From positions 15,300,795 through 15,364,794 of the forward strand of contig NC_092670.1 in assembly GCF_964355755.1 (NCBI RefSeq): a stretch of DNA of 64,000 bases, in the 5' to 3' direction. Position 1 is the stretch's first letter. Each line of letters opens with the position of its first letter. Shown in pieces: positions 52,801-64,000 of this stretch. The notes below the pieces were generated by a model. It was not told where the DNA came from. It ran no database searches and saw nothing but the letters and a program-made list of their open reading frames with translations. Both the position numbers and the translations under genes were made by a program. This DNA is from Antedon mediterranea. Lineage: Eukaryota; Animalia; Echinodermata.

Positions 52801-55800
52801 TTTTTTTGTAGAAAACCGAGATTAAACGCCCAGCTTTACTGAAGAAGAGCATTAAAGATTTAGGGATTGGAACTTACTCAAATATTGCAACGGTAATATT
52901 TTAATTGCTTTCTGTAAATTATGTTGTCTTCATGTTGTAAATGGAAATAGGTTATTTGATGATACTGTATCTTCAAAATTTACAAAAACTTGATTAAGCC
53001 TGGTTTCCATAAAATCGCTACACGGCAAAACGTAGCGATTCTATGGAAACGCTAGAATTTGTCGGGGATCTAGTACACGAGCGCTAAATATTCTTTGGTA
53101 CGCATACGATTCATCGCCGACAAAATCGGCAAAGTTGAACATGGTTGAACTTTGCCGATTTGACTGCGATGAATCGGGGAGACTTCCCGATTACGTCGGC
53201 GACATCTGCACGTGTAGCGATTTTAATGGAAACGCTGTAGCGATTCTAATGGAAACCAGGCTTAAAGGAAGAAAACAAATGTTTTACAAATAAATTTGTG
53301 TACATTTTCTAAACTACCTTAGGCGAGGAAAGACACTCCTTTGATCACAGCGTTAAATACATTTGTTGAAAGAAGGGTCTCGGCATTGCCAGTTGTAGAT
53401 GAAAATAACAGAATTGTTGATATCTATGCCAAGTTTGACGTTATTGTAAGTAATACTTATGTTTTTTCATTTTTAAAGGGTTCCTTTTTCCACAAAAATC
53501 AACATGGTTAACACATATAACCCCGCTTGGAGGACACCCCTATTAAAGGGACACTTTGTTAGCTAGATACTGAATTTTTTCCTTTGAATGCCCCTGCTCA
53601 AATTTATATATGTGTATTATTTTATCTCTGCTTTATAAATTAAAAAAATAAAATGATAATATATAAATTATACATTATCATTTTATTTTTTAATTTATTC
53701 GATTTTAGCCCATTCTTGTAGAATAATATACAAATAATGATGCAATTGTACCAATGCTTGCAATGGTACAAATAATGATGCAATTGTACCAATGCTTGCA
53801 GTAGTACAAATAATGATGCAATTGTACCAATGCTTGCAGTGGTACAAATAATGATGCAATTGTACCAATGCTTGCAATGATACAAATAATGATGCAATTG
53901 TACCAATGCTTGCAATGGTACAAATAATGATGCAATTGTACCAATGCTTGCAATGGTACAAATAATGATGCAATAGAGAGAAATGGCGAACCGACGTCTA
54001 AAATGGTGACTACTTCTTCGCATGCAGCTAAAGTAAAATGACGTCACGTTAAAGCGTGTCGTCACAGAGTCTCATGCATATGCAAAAGGATGTTTTGTCT
54101 CTGCTTCTTGTGTTGTGCGCTCATCATGATTTTACAAAATGTTTTCAGAGTGATATTAATTATGGTGCGATCGGTGGTACAGAAAATAATCCGATATTGT
54201 TCCTGATAACAAAGAAGCAGATTAAATATAGTTGTTTATTCGACCCATTTGGCTTAGTTGTATATTGTGCTCTGGGAATGAATGATTACACTAAGTATTT
54301 CACTAAGAAATCAGACCATGTGCTAATGTTCGGGTGTCACGAAAGCTCAGACCACGAAAGCTCAGACCCCCTAAGACCTAAGATCACGAAAGCTAAGACC
54401 CAACACCTAAGATTACAAATACTAAGATATACTACAGCTTAAAAACAATACTTGTTTATCCATACATAATTTTAAACACAGTAGGTTTCATTTATTACCA
54501 TAAATATAATTTAATACTACCGCAAAACATAGTTAAACTCACATTATTTTCGCCCGTTGAGTAAATGTATATTTTTTCTTTACAACAAACAAACTTGACG
54601 GGTTGTTTGTTGGTATATATTTACTCCATTGTGTTGGTTCAGAGGATGTTTTTCTTACGCACCTGCCTTTCTTGTATTTTGACTCCAAATTTGTTGACTA
54701 ACTTTATCCTGAACACCACACATTAAAATTAGGACTTATAAGTACTTTCAGAAGGAGAAACACATAATAACAAATAAATAAATCCTTTAAATTGATGATT
54801 TTACAGATGTGTTTCTTTGTATACTGTAATGTAACTCCTCGAGCTCCCCCCATGCTCAATGTTTTTGTTTTTATGGAGCGCCAAAAGAGCAACAATAATA
54901 GTACAAGTATAAAAACAGAAAAAAAACGAAACAAAAAAACTTATCATGATTTTTAAATTAAAATGTATTTGCCAGTATTTATTTCTTCGTACTTGCATGA
55001 TTATACTATTATCATTACAATTTTAATTTTACATTGTTCCATCCACACTGTAGATGGACTCCACAGAGTTTTCAGCCCTCTATATAATTTTTGCTCTTTT
55101 GACGTTCCATAGAAACAAAAACATTGAACATGGCCCATGGGGTAGGCCTACTGTACTGTAGGCTAGTCATTTTGTGTGCGAGAAAAACGTCTGTAAAATC
55201 ATCAATTTAAAAATGTATTTGTTACTTTTTATGTGATTCTTTTTCATGAAAGTGCCAATTCTAAGGTGTGGTATTCAGAATAAATGTTAGGAGTTAAAAT
55301 ACAAGGCAGGTGCGAAAGATAAATATTTGTAATCTTAGGTGTTGGGTCTTAGCTTTCGTGATCTTAGGTCTTAGGGGGTCTGAGCTTTCGTGGTCTGAGC
55401 TTTCGTGACACCCGCTAATGTTCAGCCATCTTGTAGAACTCCTTTATTAGTCTCCAATCCAGTCGTTAAATTGCTAATATGGGTAGGCCTAGACAGACTT
55501 TCTATGATACCTACTCACTAGCGGCCTAAACTAAAGTAAAATACAGTAGGCCTATACACTGCCCACTATCAGGCCATCCATATCCTCCCCTTCATCGTTA
55601 CCGCGTGGCATCGTGCAGATGTACACTAACCCGGCATACTAGCTAACTTCACACCCACCCTAGCTCTCAGGTATGCACTGCGCTGCCACTACATACAGTA
55701 GGAGGCCTAGCCTATTTCGGGTCTCATGTCTTGCAGCATTTGAAAATACGTGACTAATATTGTACATTATTATTATTTTTTATTCGCACTGGAAGTATCT

Positions 55801-58800
55801 AGGCTCTCCTGTCATGTTAAAATTAAAGTATATTATTTATTATCCTCAGCAGTGAAAACAATTATTATTTTTCGATAAATCTCGCGTCGCGTCGCGTGTG
55901 TGAAAAAACTCTCAGCAAGTTTGCTTCATTAATATGCATGAGACTCTGTGACGACCCACTTTAACGTGACGTCATTTTACTTTAGCTGCATGCGAAGAAG
56001 TAGTCACCGTCTAAAATCCGAGTGGGTATAAAATCATAACAAACCGTTGAGGGCGGCACATTTCCTATGTTTATACACGTGAATCATGGCGTCGTCTAAC
56101 CAATGTTGTTGCTGTAACGCTCATAATTCTTTTTCTATTTGTGTATTTAGTCATCCATCATTCACAATCATATTCCTAAAAATATCTCATATCTATCTGT
56201 AGGTCTACATTAGACTAGGCCTATAGTATTATAGTAGAACGGTCTTATCATGGTCTTATCAAGTATTCATTACTGGCGGTAGCCCCCCGGCAGGAAGCTT
56301 CACTAGCCACATAACAAAATGGCAGTTGTCAAGCTGAAACTAAATGCTAGGCCTACGTCTACTAGAGATGCTCTATTTAGTCTTACTACCTAGCTAGGAG
56401 AAGCCTAGCAGCACCCTAGCTAAAGTAGTAGTAGTACAGTATGCAATAAAGAATTTCCAATATTATTATTATTATTATAATAACCGATAATCCGTGCTAG
56501 GCTCGCTCGAGTAGGCCTGCTCGAGTAGGCCTACTCGAGGTCAACACAGCATCAGCGAAACTATCTAGGGCTGCGCCTAGAGCTGGGTACAGTATATAAC
56601 AAAAACGCGTCTTAATCAATCAAAATTGAAATAAAATATGTTAAGATTTGCCCATATAACATTAAAATTGTTAAGGGTGTTGCAAAAAAAAAAGATACTG
56701 CTATTATGTGTGTTTTAAACGTTCTTTTCTAACTACCTTTTTAACTCAACCCATCGGAATTTCCCATACAAAAACATGTGGCGAAATGGTTTGTTTACAA
56801 TCTATACCCACTCGGTGAAATTTGAGTGACGTCATCGCGGTTCACCATTTCTCTCTATTGTACCAATGCTTGCAATGGTACAAATAATGATGCAATTGTA
56901 CCAATGCTTGCAGTGGTACAAATAATGATGCAATTGTACCAATGCTTGCAATGGTACAAATAATGATGCAATTGTACCAATGCTTGCAGTAGTACAAATA
57001 ATGATGCAATTGTACCAATGCTTGCAGTGGTACAAATAATGATGCAATTGTACCAATGCTTGCAATGATACAAATAATGATGCAATTGTACCAATGCTTG
57101 CAGTGGTACAAATAATGATGCAATTGTACCAATGCTTGCAATGGTACAAATAATGATGCAATTGTACCAATGCTTGCAATGGTACAAATAATGATGCAAT
57201 TGTACCAATGCTTGCAGTGGTACAAATAATGATGCAATTGTACCAATGCTTGCAGTGGTACAAATAATGATGCAATTGTACCAATGCTTGCAGTGGTACA
57301 AATAATGATGCAATTGTACCAATGCTTGCAGTGGTACAAATAATGATGCAATTGTACCAATGCTTGCAGTGGTACAAATAATGATGCAATTGTACCAATG
57401 CTTGCAGTGGTACAAATAATGATGCAATTGTACCAATGCTTGCAGTGGTACAAATAATGATGCAATTGTACCAATGCTTGCAGTGGTACAAATAATGATG
57501 CAATTGTACCAATGCTTGCAGTGGTACAAATAATTTCATGAAGTGTAAGATAAAAGGTCCTAAACCTAAACCATTCAAGAAAGCATTACTCCAATTTGGA
57601 GGGAGAGTAGAACAATTGTAGACAGTGTGATACTAGACTAATTTAAAAACACTTTATAAAACCTTGTCTACACTATCAAACTTTACATGAAAAAAGGTGT
57701 CATTATACCCAAATATGGTAGTGATATGCCCAAATATAGTAGTGATATGACAACATGATCATGTCCATATATGGGCACATCCCATTCTTTTCTTCAAGAA
57801 AGTTTGATAGTGTAGACAAGGTTTAACTCTACCTTATCACTATTTTGTTCTCAGAATCTTGCAGCAGAGAAGACATACAACAACCTAGACGTGACGATTG
57901 AGCAAGCTTTAAAACACAGGGAAACGTATTTTGAAGGAGTGGCCAAATGTAAAGCTAACGAATCATTAGAGACTATCATTGAAAAGATTATTAAAGCAGA
58001 GGTCTGTCTTACTTGGTATTACTTTAGTAACAATGATGCCTTGGGGTAGTGCTTTATTAATATTGGAATTGGAAAATCTCCTCAATATGTACACTTATGA
58101 ATTTAAATGTAGATGAAAAGCATATACTTACTTACTAATACCAAAGAACTTATAACACAAGAATCTCCTGTTCTTCAATTTGCATTCAAAACACAATATC
58201 GGAAGTACAGGGTTAAAAGGTCAAACTGGGCGACGCCATTTCACAGCATGGAGCAGCACCCCCTCCAAACTAGGAAGTCAATTACTCTACCCCCCCCCCC
58301 CCCTAGAGTATTAGCAGATCCCCTCTATGATTTTGACTTTCTAATTTGATGCGGGCGCCCTACTCCTCAGTCAATTACTCTACCCCCCTAGAGTATTAGC
58401 AGATCCCCTCTATGATTTTGACTTTCTAATTTGATGCGGGCGCCCTACTCCTCAGTCAATTACTCTACCCCCCTAGAGTATTAGCAGATCCCCTCTATGA
58501 TTTTGACTTTCTAATTTGATGTGGGCGCCCTACTCCATGGCTCACAATGGCGCCACCCATAGCTCTATTCTATCCCACAATGCCTTTCGAAATTGTTACG
58601 TGCTTCGGACAAACAGGAGATTCTTGTGTTATAAGTTCTTTGCTAATACTTATTTACTTGGTACTGAATTATTTTAAAATACTTATTCCTTAAATTAATC
58701 ACAATTTAGTGGCTTCAATAATTTAAAATCCCATTCCTTACATTTTTACGATCTAATTTAAGGTCACAAACTACATTTAGTAGTAAATATAGTAGAGTAA

Positions 58801-60132
58801 GTAGTAGTAAGTATAGTAGTACTAGTAGTAAAATAAATACTATATTAGTGGTCCTATAACTGTTTTTATCTTTCACGATTAAAAATGTGAAAACTAAGTA
58901 AATTAAATAAAATAATTTAAGCGACCCGCTAAAAATCGTTTTTATTAAGGGAGTGCATGATTTCTCTCTTTTTATCATAATTTACCATAAAACGTACATT
59001 TAAGACAAAGAAAACTTGGTTTAATGTTTGTAAAGTATATATATATTTATATATATACTTATAATTTTATATGCATTATTTTCACAAAACGTCAAAGATG
59101 GTAGGGAATGGGTTTTTAAAGATGGAGCCCATCCACCATAAAAAGTGCCATACCACTTTATTAATATGTTCTCTCTATCTTTGGTCATAATTTGTTTTAG
59201 GATAGGTCTGGTTACATGATTTTTGTTTTAATTTTTATTTAAATATAAACATACTTTTATTAGTGTTTATTTTTCTAACTAGCTGTTTTTCCGTCTTAGG
59301 TTCATCGTTTAATTATTGTTGATAATGAAGACCATTTAGTTGGTGTTGTATCGCTGTCTGATCTACTCAATCACTTGGTGCTTAAACCTGCAGGTAACAA
59401 CAATATTTACTATTTTAGACTCTAAATAATCAAAACACATCCAATAAAATGGGAAGGATTTGAATACAGTAAAACATCTATTAAGGGGATACCCCAAATA
59501 TTAATAAGGATTTTCACAGAAAAAAAAACTAAAAACAAATATACCAAAATGAACAATAATTGATCTGGATTCAAGAAATTGAAAATAATTGAAAATTTAG
59601 CCGGTAACATTTCACCAATGAATAGTGTAAAGCCAGAGAAAGTATCATAAATATTATCATATTTATTATGATATCCATTTTTGTATTAATAACGATGTTA
59701 TTCTGTGCCTGTGATATAAATGAATTTAATTATTTTGTCTTTTTTTTTATTGAACAAATACATTGTCTTTTCACGTGTGGTTGAATCAACCAATCCTGTC
59801 CCCCTACTGAGGTGTCCCCAGAGTAGGGGTTGGCCATACTGTTTCCTCTTGTTTCATGGGAAAGTGTCCCTTAATTAGTCGTGTTCCAAAGGAGAGGTTC
59901 TGCTTTAATTAATTTTGACAATAAAAGTAATTTATATCGTTATTAAATCATTATTAGATCGAAAATTTAATTGAATTTCCATTATTCTATAAAAAGGATT
60001 TATTTATTTTGATTTTATATATATTTTTTAGGTGTACCATCGAGGAACCCAAGTGGAAGTTCATCTGTTACTGGTCCAGATAGCACAGTTAGCAGTCCAA
60101 CTCTAAACATGTCGCCAACCCAGTTACCATAG
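34817..60132 (+). CDS. PRKAG2: AMP-activated protein kinase gamma subunit (4 CBS domains, long gamma2-like N-terminus), ~576 aa
   Basis: Exons 34817-34861, 36950-37141 (alt donor 37069), 37971-38171, 40538-40634, 41486-41622, 44693-44738, 46911-47011, 47444-47525, 47730-47788, 48155-48200, 49455-49506 or 49565-49622, 50980-51106, 52812-52892, 53323-53445, 57855-58001, 59300-59393, 60032-60132 stay in frame. Motifs [98 protein letters not shown]. Core exons are certain, N-terminal exons less so. Likely co-ortholog of PRKAG1/2/3. Confidence 0.92.
40750..40945. mobile_element. MITE, TIR (ta)gtgatcatgtcaa, rich in ACTGCAGT motifs
   Basis: gatcatgtcaaa...ttgacatgatc ends; related copies at ~34415-34590, 39893-40100, 46486-46720, 49630-49842 and a partial at 21737-21800. 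Confidence 0.65.
41960..42920 (-). mobile_element. 5'-truncated LINE (CR1/L2/Jockey group): RT C-terminus plus 3' UTR
   Basis: ORF 42238-42954 contains [67 protein letters not shown]; A-rich tail near 41960. Confidence 0.85.
49131..49380. mobile_element. MITE, TIR AAAGATRTATTGTC.CC (Kolobok-like ends)
   Basis: aaagatatattgtcccc ... ggtgacaatacatcttt; the same right end occurs at ~27131-27152. Confidence 0.55.
49455..49506 (+). CDS. PRKAG2: PRKAG mutually exclusive exon a ([18 protein letters not shown])
   Basis: ttcattag| ... AAG|gttagt; 52 nt, phase 1 to 2. Confidence 0.8.
49565..49622 (+). CDS. PRKAG2: PRKAG mutually exclusive exon b ([20 protein letters not shown])
   Basis: tttctag| ... 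AAG|gtaagg; 58 nt, phase 1 to 2. Confidence 0.8.
50597..50851 (-). mobile_element. tRNA-derived SINE
   Basis: Minus strand: A box (TGGCGCAGTGTG), B box (GGTTTGAATCC), central CTCTCCACCCAGGTGTACAAATGGGTACC block common in marine-invertebrate SINEs, tail GTGAAGAGCTTAGAG...(ATT)n. Confidence 0.75.
52997..53262. mobile_element. MITE, second copy of the 22675-22951 family
   Basis: Same TIRs and internal sequence; TTAA context at both ends. Confidence 0.85.
53729..53974. repeat. 38-bp minisatellite, left part (~6.5 units)
   Basis: Unit tacaaataatgatgcaattgtaccaatgcttgcaRtRR. Confidence 0.95.
54005..56008. mobile_element. Non-autonomous Mutator-like element with 9-bp TSD; second layer
   Basis: ~77-bp TIRs ggtgactacttcttcgcatgcagc... 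/ ...gctgcatgcgaagaagtagtcacc; exact TSD gtctaaaat at 53996-54004 and 56009-56017. Confidence 0.85.
54332..55413. mobile_element. Non-autonomous TIR element with ~90-bp repeat-containing TIRs; third layer
   Basis: gggtgtcacgaaagctcagacc... / ...ggtctgagctttcgtgacaccc; TSD gctaatgttc (10 bp), or ctaatgtt (8 bp) if the terminal C/G belong to the element. Confidence 0.85.
56857..57534. repeat. 38-bp minisatellite, right part (~18 units)
   Basis: Resumes in register after the insertion. Confidence 0.95.
57659..57825. mobile_element. MITE, CTGTCTACACTATCAAAC family
   Basis: aaaccttgtctacactatcaaacttt ... aaagtttgatagtgtagacaaggttt, near-perfect TIRs. Confidence 0.8.
58142..58642. mobile_element. 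Non-autonomous P-element-like MITE with an internal 85-bp x3 tandem repeat
   Basis: 30-bp TIRs caaagaacttataacacaagaatctcctgt / acaggagattcttgtgttataagttctttg; TSD ctaatac (58135-58141 and 58643-58649); tandem units at 58276-58536. Confidence 0.8.
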
Positions 60133-60759
60133 TATACTTTATTTATAATTATTTGTATAGAGCACAGTTGTTATCTGACGGAAATTAGCAATTTTAGTGA
60201 CATTTTTTACGTCTTGGTAGCTTTTATTAAAATAACGTCAGTGCAGAGCAAGCTATTTAAATACAATCATAAGATAAGAACCAAGAACCAAGATTTAATG
60301 CATAAAAAGTAAATATGTCTCGATCAATTCAAATAAATGTATAAATTTGAATATATATACAGAAAATTAAGTTACACCATTATACCACCCATTATGAATT
60401 AAAAAACGTTTAAAAGCAAATTAAAAGCATAACACTTTGTCTACTGATAACATACATTATGTACAAAAAATAAAATGTCAAAGTTCATCTGCATCTTACG
60501 TTATTTTAAATGTAAATAAAAAAAGGAATTTATTTAATCTAACCACATTCTAGATTAATGTTTCTATAAATTTGAGAAAAAGGCGATATATTGCAAAATA
60601 AGGTTTTTGTAAATACTCCCATCACTTTGAAAAGGCCAAAAACATTTTTTTTAATTAGAGGTTTTGTTGTTTTTTAAATAAGATTTTCTTTTTATTTTTC
60701 ACTTTATCTTATTACAAACATATTTGCAGTTTACATTGTAAATGTATTAAACAAGCATG

Positions 60760-61020
60760 TACTCTTTACTGCAGTACAGGTACTGCTGCTACTCTTTACT
60801 GCAGTACAGTTACTGCTGCTACTCTTTACTGCAGTAGAGGTACTGCTGCTACTTTTTACTGCAGTACAGGTACTGTTGCTACTCTTTACTGCAGTACAGG
60901 TACTGTTGCTACTCAATTTACTGCAGTACAGTTACCGCTGTTACTCTTTACTGCAGTACAGTTATCGCTGCTACATTTTACTGCAGTACAGGTACTGTTG
61001 CTACTCTTTACTGCAGTACA
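60760..61020. repeat. 30-bp minisatellite (tactctttactgcagtacaggtactgYtgc, ~8.5 units)
   Basis: Direct inspection; lies in or near the PRKAG 3' UTR. Confidence 0.9.
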
Positions 61021-62565
61021 TCCTTTGAGTGACATGTAGGTTTAACTTAGGCGATTGTTTTATAGCCTTGGTTTGCATTTTATTGTTAAGATACTGCAGT
61101 AATATCTTTAACCTCCTGCATTAATCTTCATATCATATTTAAAATATGTTCCATGGTTCATTTTTTTTATCAACTCCATTTTCGACCAACCTTAATAATG
61201 ATTTGTACTTCACAAAACAATCTTATAACTGTTTTATTATAATTGCAAAAAATCTATTTCTACCAGGAAAATGTAATTTTATTTACGATTGGAATACCAA
61301 ACATAAACGGTTGATTTAATTGCACTAGTAAACATTTACATACAACTCGTTATTGTAAAAAATACAAGGAAATTTATTTTTCAAATGTTAAATTCTGCAC
61401 AGAATTTCAATCTTCCCAGATTTAAGAAAGTGTGTGTTTTGTAAATAATATAGAGCTGGATTTTAATGTGTAATAGAAGTAATGTGCGTCATTTTGTTCG
61501 TAACATACACTAAACCCAGAAGTAACATAATTACTATGTTTGTTTTATTTATTAGGACTGTTTGTTGTTTGTACCGAAATTTAATTAACTTTTTGAGTGT
61601 TCACACATTAATAAGTGACGACTTTGACATAAACGCATTAAGTAGCATGTTGACGTGTAAGTAGAATGTTGACGAACGCGTTAAGTCGCATGTTGACGCG
61701 TTAAGGCCAATTTACATTTACAAAAAAAATAATAAATAGGCTTATGAGCATTTTCATAAAACGCGCTCAGGATGGATAGAGCTTACATGTATGACAAGCT
61801 TCGCGGTTTTCCGATTACAGTCACCTTTCATAAATTGACCTTTAGAGTTCACACTTAGTCTTTTGTACAAGTGGAAATCTTTGCAGCAATTTAATCATTG
61901 CAAATGGATTAGTCGCTTGATATGGATCACCAGTGGACCACTGAAAAGGGAGAGAATAAAACGACTTAACAAAAGCTACTATAATTTGCATAAGCAGTTG
62001 AGGTTCTTTCTTTGTGAATGAATACAGTATTGTATTTACGTGAATCAGGTTCGTCGTTTTGTTCATGGTGCTATTGAGTTCTTATGTACTTGTGACCTTT
62101 ATTCTTTGGAAACACAACTAGATTCTGTCTCAGTAAACTTCTCAGGGAAGATTAATTTCACTCTTCGCTGATTCTACCATGTTTTTGTGAAAATTAAAGT
62201 GTTAGTTTACAAAATCCTTTCTATTTCTACTATATATCGCATGATGCTTTGAGTGCATTCTAGTGAAATCTAAATCGATTTATACAGCGCCTAATATCGT
62301 GAGACCTCCGTCTAAGCGCCGTATAAACCGGGGTAGGTGGGGGTTAAACAAATAAATTAAGAGAAAAAACATCCATGCAACAAAAAAATCTAAACTGAAG
62401 TACTGTATGATCGTCGACTAGTTATGTCTCGGTCATCTTGGACTAGGGATTAAAGTTCCAACACCAGATGACCACTAACAAGTTTGGTTGCAAAATGTAT
62501 GTGTGATTTACTCAGCCGAAGCATCATCATTGTTAGAGACATCTCCCCACAGATTGTGCAACCGT

Positions 62566-64000
62566 TTATTTCTTCTCTACGGTCATAGCATACGGTTTAG
62601 GCATCCTAATGATACCGACGGTAACATCGTTAAGAGAAGGAGGAGATTGAGATTCAGGCACTTTGAAGGTAAACCTCTGAAGAAGGTTAATTGTCAATAA
62701 GTAGATTTCCATCTTTGCTAGAAGTTGACCAATACATATCCGATCACCTTAAAATGAATGAAATAAAAGCAAGTTGTTTCATTTATTAAAACCTGGTTGT
62801 GGTTAGTGGTACACGGTATCTGTTACCTGAAACTTTCGGTTACTTTAGGCCTATATAACAATGTCGGTTTTTAGAATTGTAAAACGATAATCCAATAGTT
62901 AAGGTTGGTTCTCACTTAACGTAGTTAGTTGACCAATCACCAGCGACAGTTCGGATGGCCCATCACGCAGTAATTGCGTTCGTAGTAATCTATTATATCT
63001 ATACAAATAGATAAATAACTTATACAAACCTATTCCAAAAGGAATAAATGCTTCATTCTGTTTGATCGTCTTTCCATCTTCCTCTAGATGCCGCATTGGA
63101 TTAAATTCTTCGGGATTTTCCCAGAACTTTGGATCACGGTGCACAGCCCAGGAATTTAAAATAAATCGAGTATTTGCAGGAATTGTATATCCCTTTATCT
63201 TTACCTCTGATGTTGTACATCTAGGCACGTTACTATGAGCTACCGTTGCATGGCGCTGGACTTCCATAATCATTGCGTTGACATACGGTAGTTTATCTCG
63301 ATCAGACCAGCTAGGAGTTTGATCTCTGCCCAAGATTTCTTCGATCTCGTTTTGTGCCTAAAAAGATTAGATGAAATATTCTTTTTATCTTTCGTGGTTA
63401 ACCACTACCTTTATTCATTCAGTTTTTTTTTTTCAATTCAATTTTTTATACATCTTTCTTCGTAATATTCTGTTTTTGGATCTCTTTAATATTACTTTAG
63501 ATTAGATGGAATATCTAAAAAATATCTAGAAAAAATCGTAACGAATAAGATAAATAAAGCAATACGCCTATCATTGGATTATACCTTTTGATAAACTTCA
63601 GGATAATTTAACAGATACAGTAACATCCACATCGTAGTTGTTGTAGCAGTCTCTGTACCAGCCTGGAATAAATCCTGCACACCTCTCCAAATGACGCCTG
63701 AATCGAAGACTACCTCCTTCCTGTCTAACTTCTGCCGAATGATTTCGGCAATGTAATGGTCAATCATGTCTCGAATATCTTCCGGATTAAATGTTGATTT
63801 ATGTTTATCCACTATCTCAACAATGAAATTTCTGACAGTCGCTATTAACTTCCGTTCTTTTGATCTATACCGTGTATTCCACAGAAATGGGAAACAGTTG
63901 GATAGAGAAACTTGACCGATAGTCCCAAACACCTTGCTCAGTGATTCAAGCAAAACTTTAAATTCCGCATCTGAATACTCGTACCTCTGGCCAAAACTAA
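62566..64000 (-). CDS. Cytochrome P450, CYP2 clan (3' half; 5' part lies beyond the window)
   Basis: Exons >64000-63585, 63357-63030, 62747-62566. I-helix DLFQAGTETATTT, K-helix EVQR, PEEFNPMRHL, heme motif FIPFGIGDRICIG. Confidence 0.92.

Larger units (their letters stand above)
53975..56856. mobile_element. Non-autonomous TIR element with AT target duplication (ISL2EU/PIF-group-like); outer layer of the nest
   Basis: agagagaaatggcgaacc ... ggttcaccatttctctct inserted in the minisatellite unit gcaATtgtacc, with AT on both sides. Confidence 0.8.

Noticed and set aside
53640-54065. Cys/His-rich repetitive ORFs
   Set aside because: Translations of the 38-bp minisatellite, which has no stops on the minus strand.
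56832-57578. Three overlapping 210-248 aa ORFs
   Set aside because: Same minisatellite; the 38-aa period in all three frames is an artefact of the 38-bp unit.
60731-60916. Ser/Thr-rich repeat ORF
   Set aside because: Translation of the 30-bp minisatellite.

Overview
AT-rich, intron-rich animal genomic DNA; gene content and repeats suggest a marine invertebrate deuterostome (inference). Most ORF-track entries are exon fragments or spurious. Six spliced genes can be rebuilt by hand with consistent frames. (1, 2) Two tandem minus-strand paralogs of a secreted protein: signal peptide, HYRGG-type Cys-rich domain, Ig-like module(s) and, in the complete copy B, a ZP domain plus furin site. Copy A runs off the left edge. 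(3) A FabG-like SDR with degenerate cofactor motifs. (4) p23/PTGES3. (5) Head-to-head with it, AMPK gamma (PRKAG2-like), with a pair of mutually exclusive exons and a GC-AG intron. (6) The 3' half of a CYP2-clan P450. Introns carry a 5S-derived SINE, a tRNA-derived SINE, a non-autonomous Helitron, LINE remnants, several MITE families, and a multi-level nest of DNA transposons inside a 38-bp minisatellite. All coordinates were counted by hand and may be off by a few bases.
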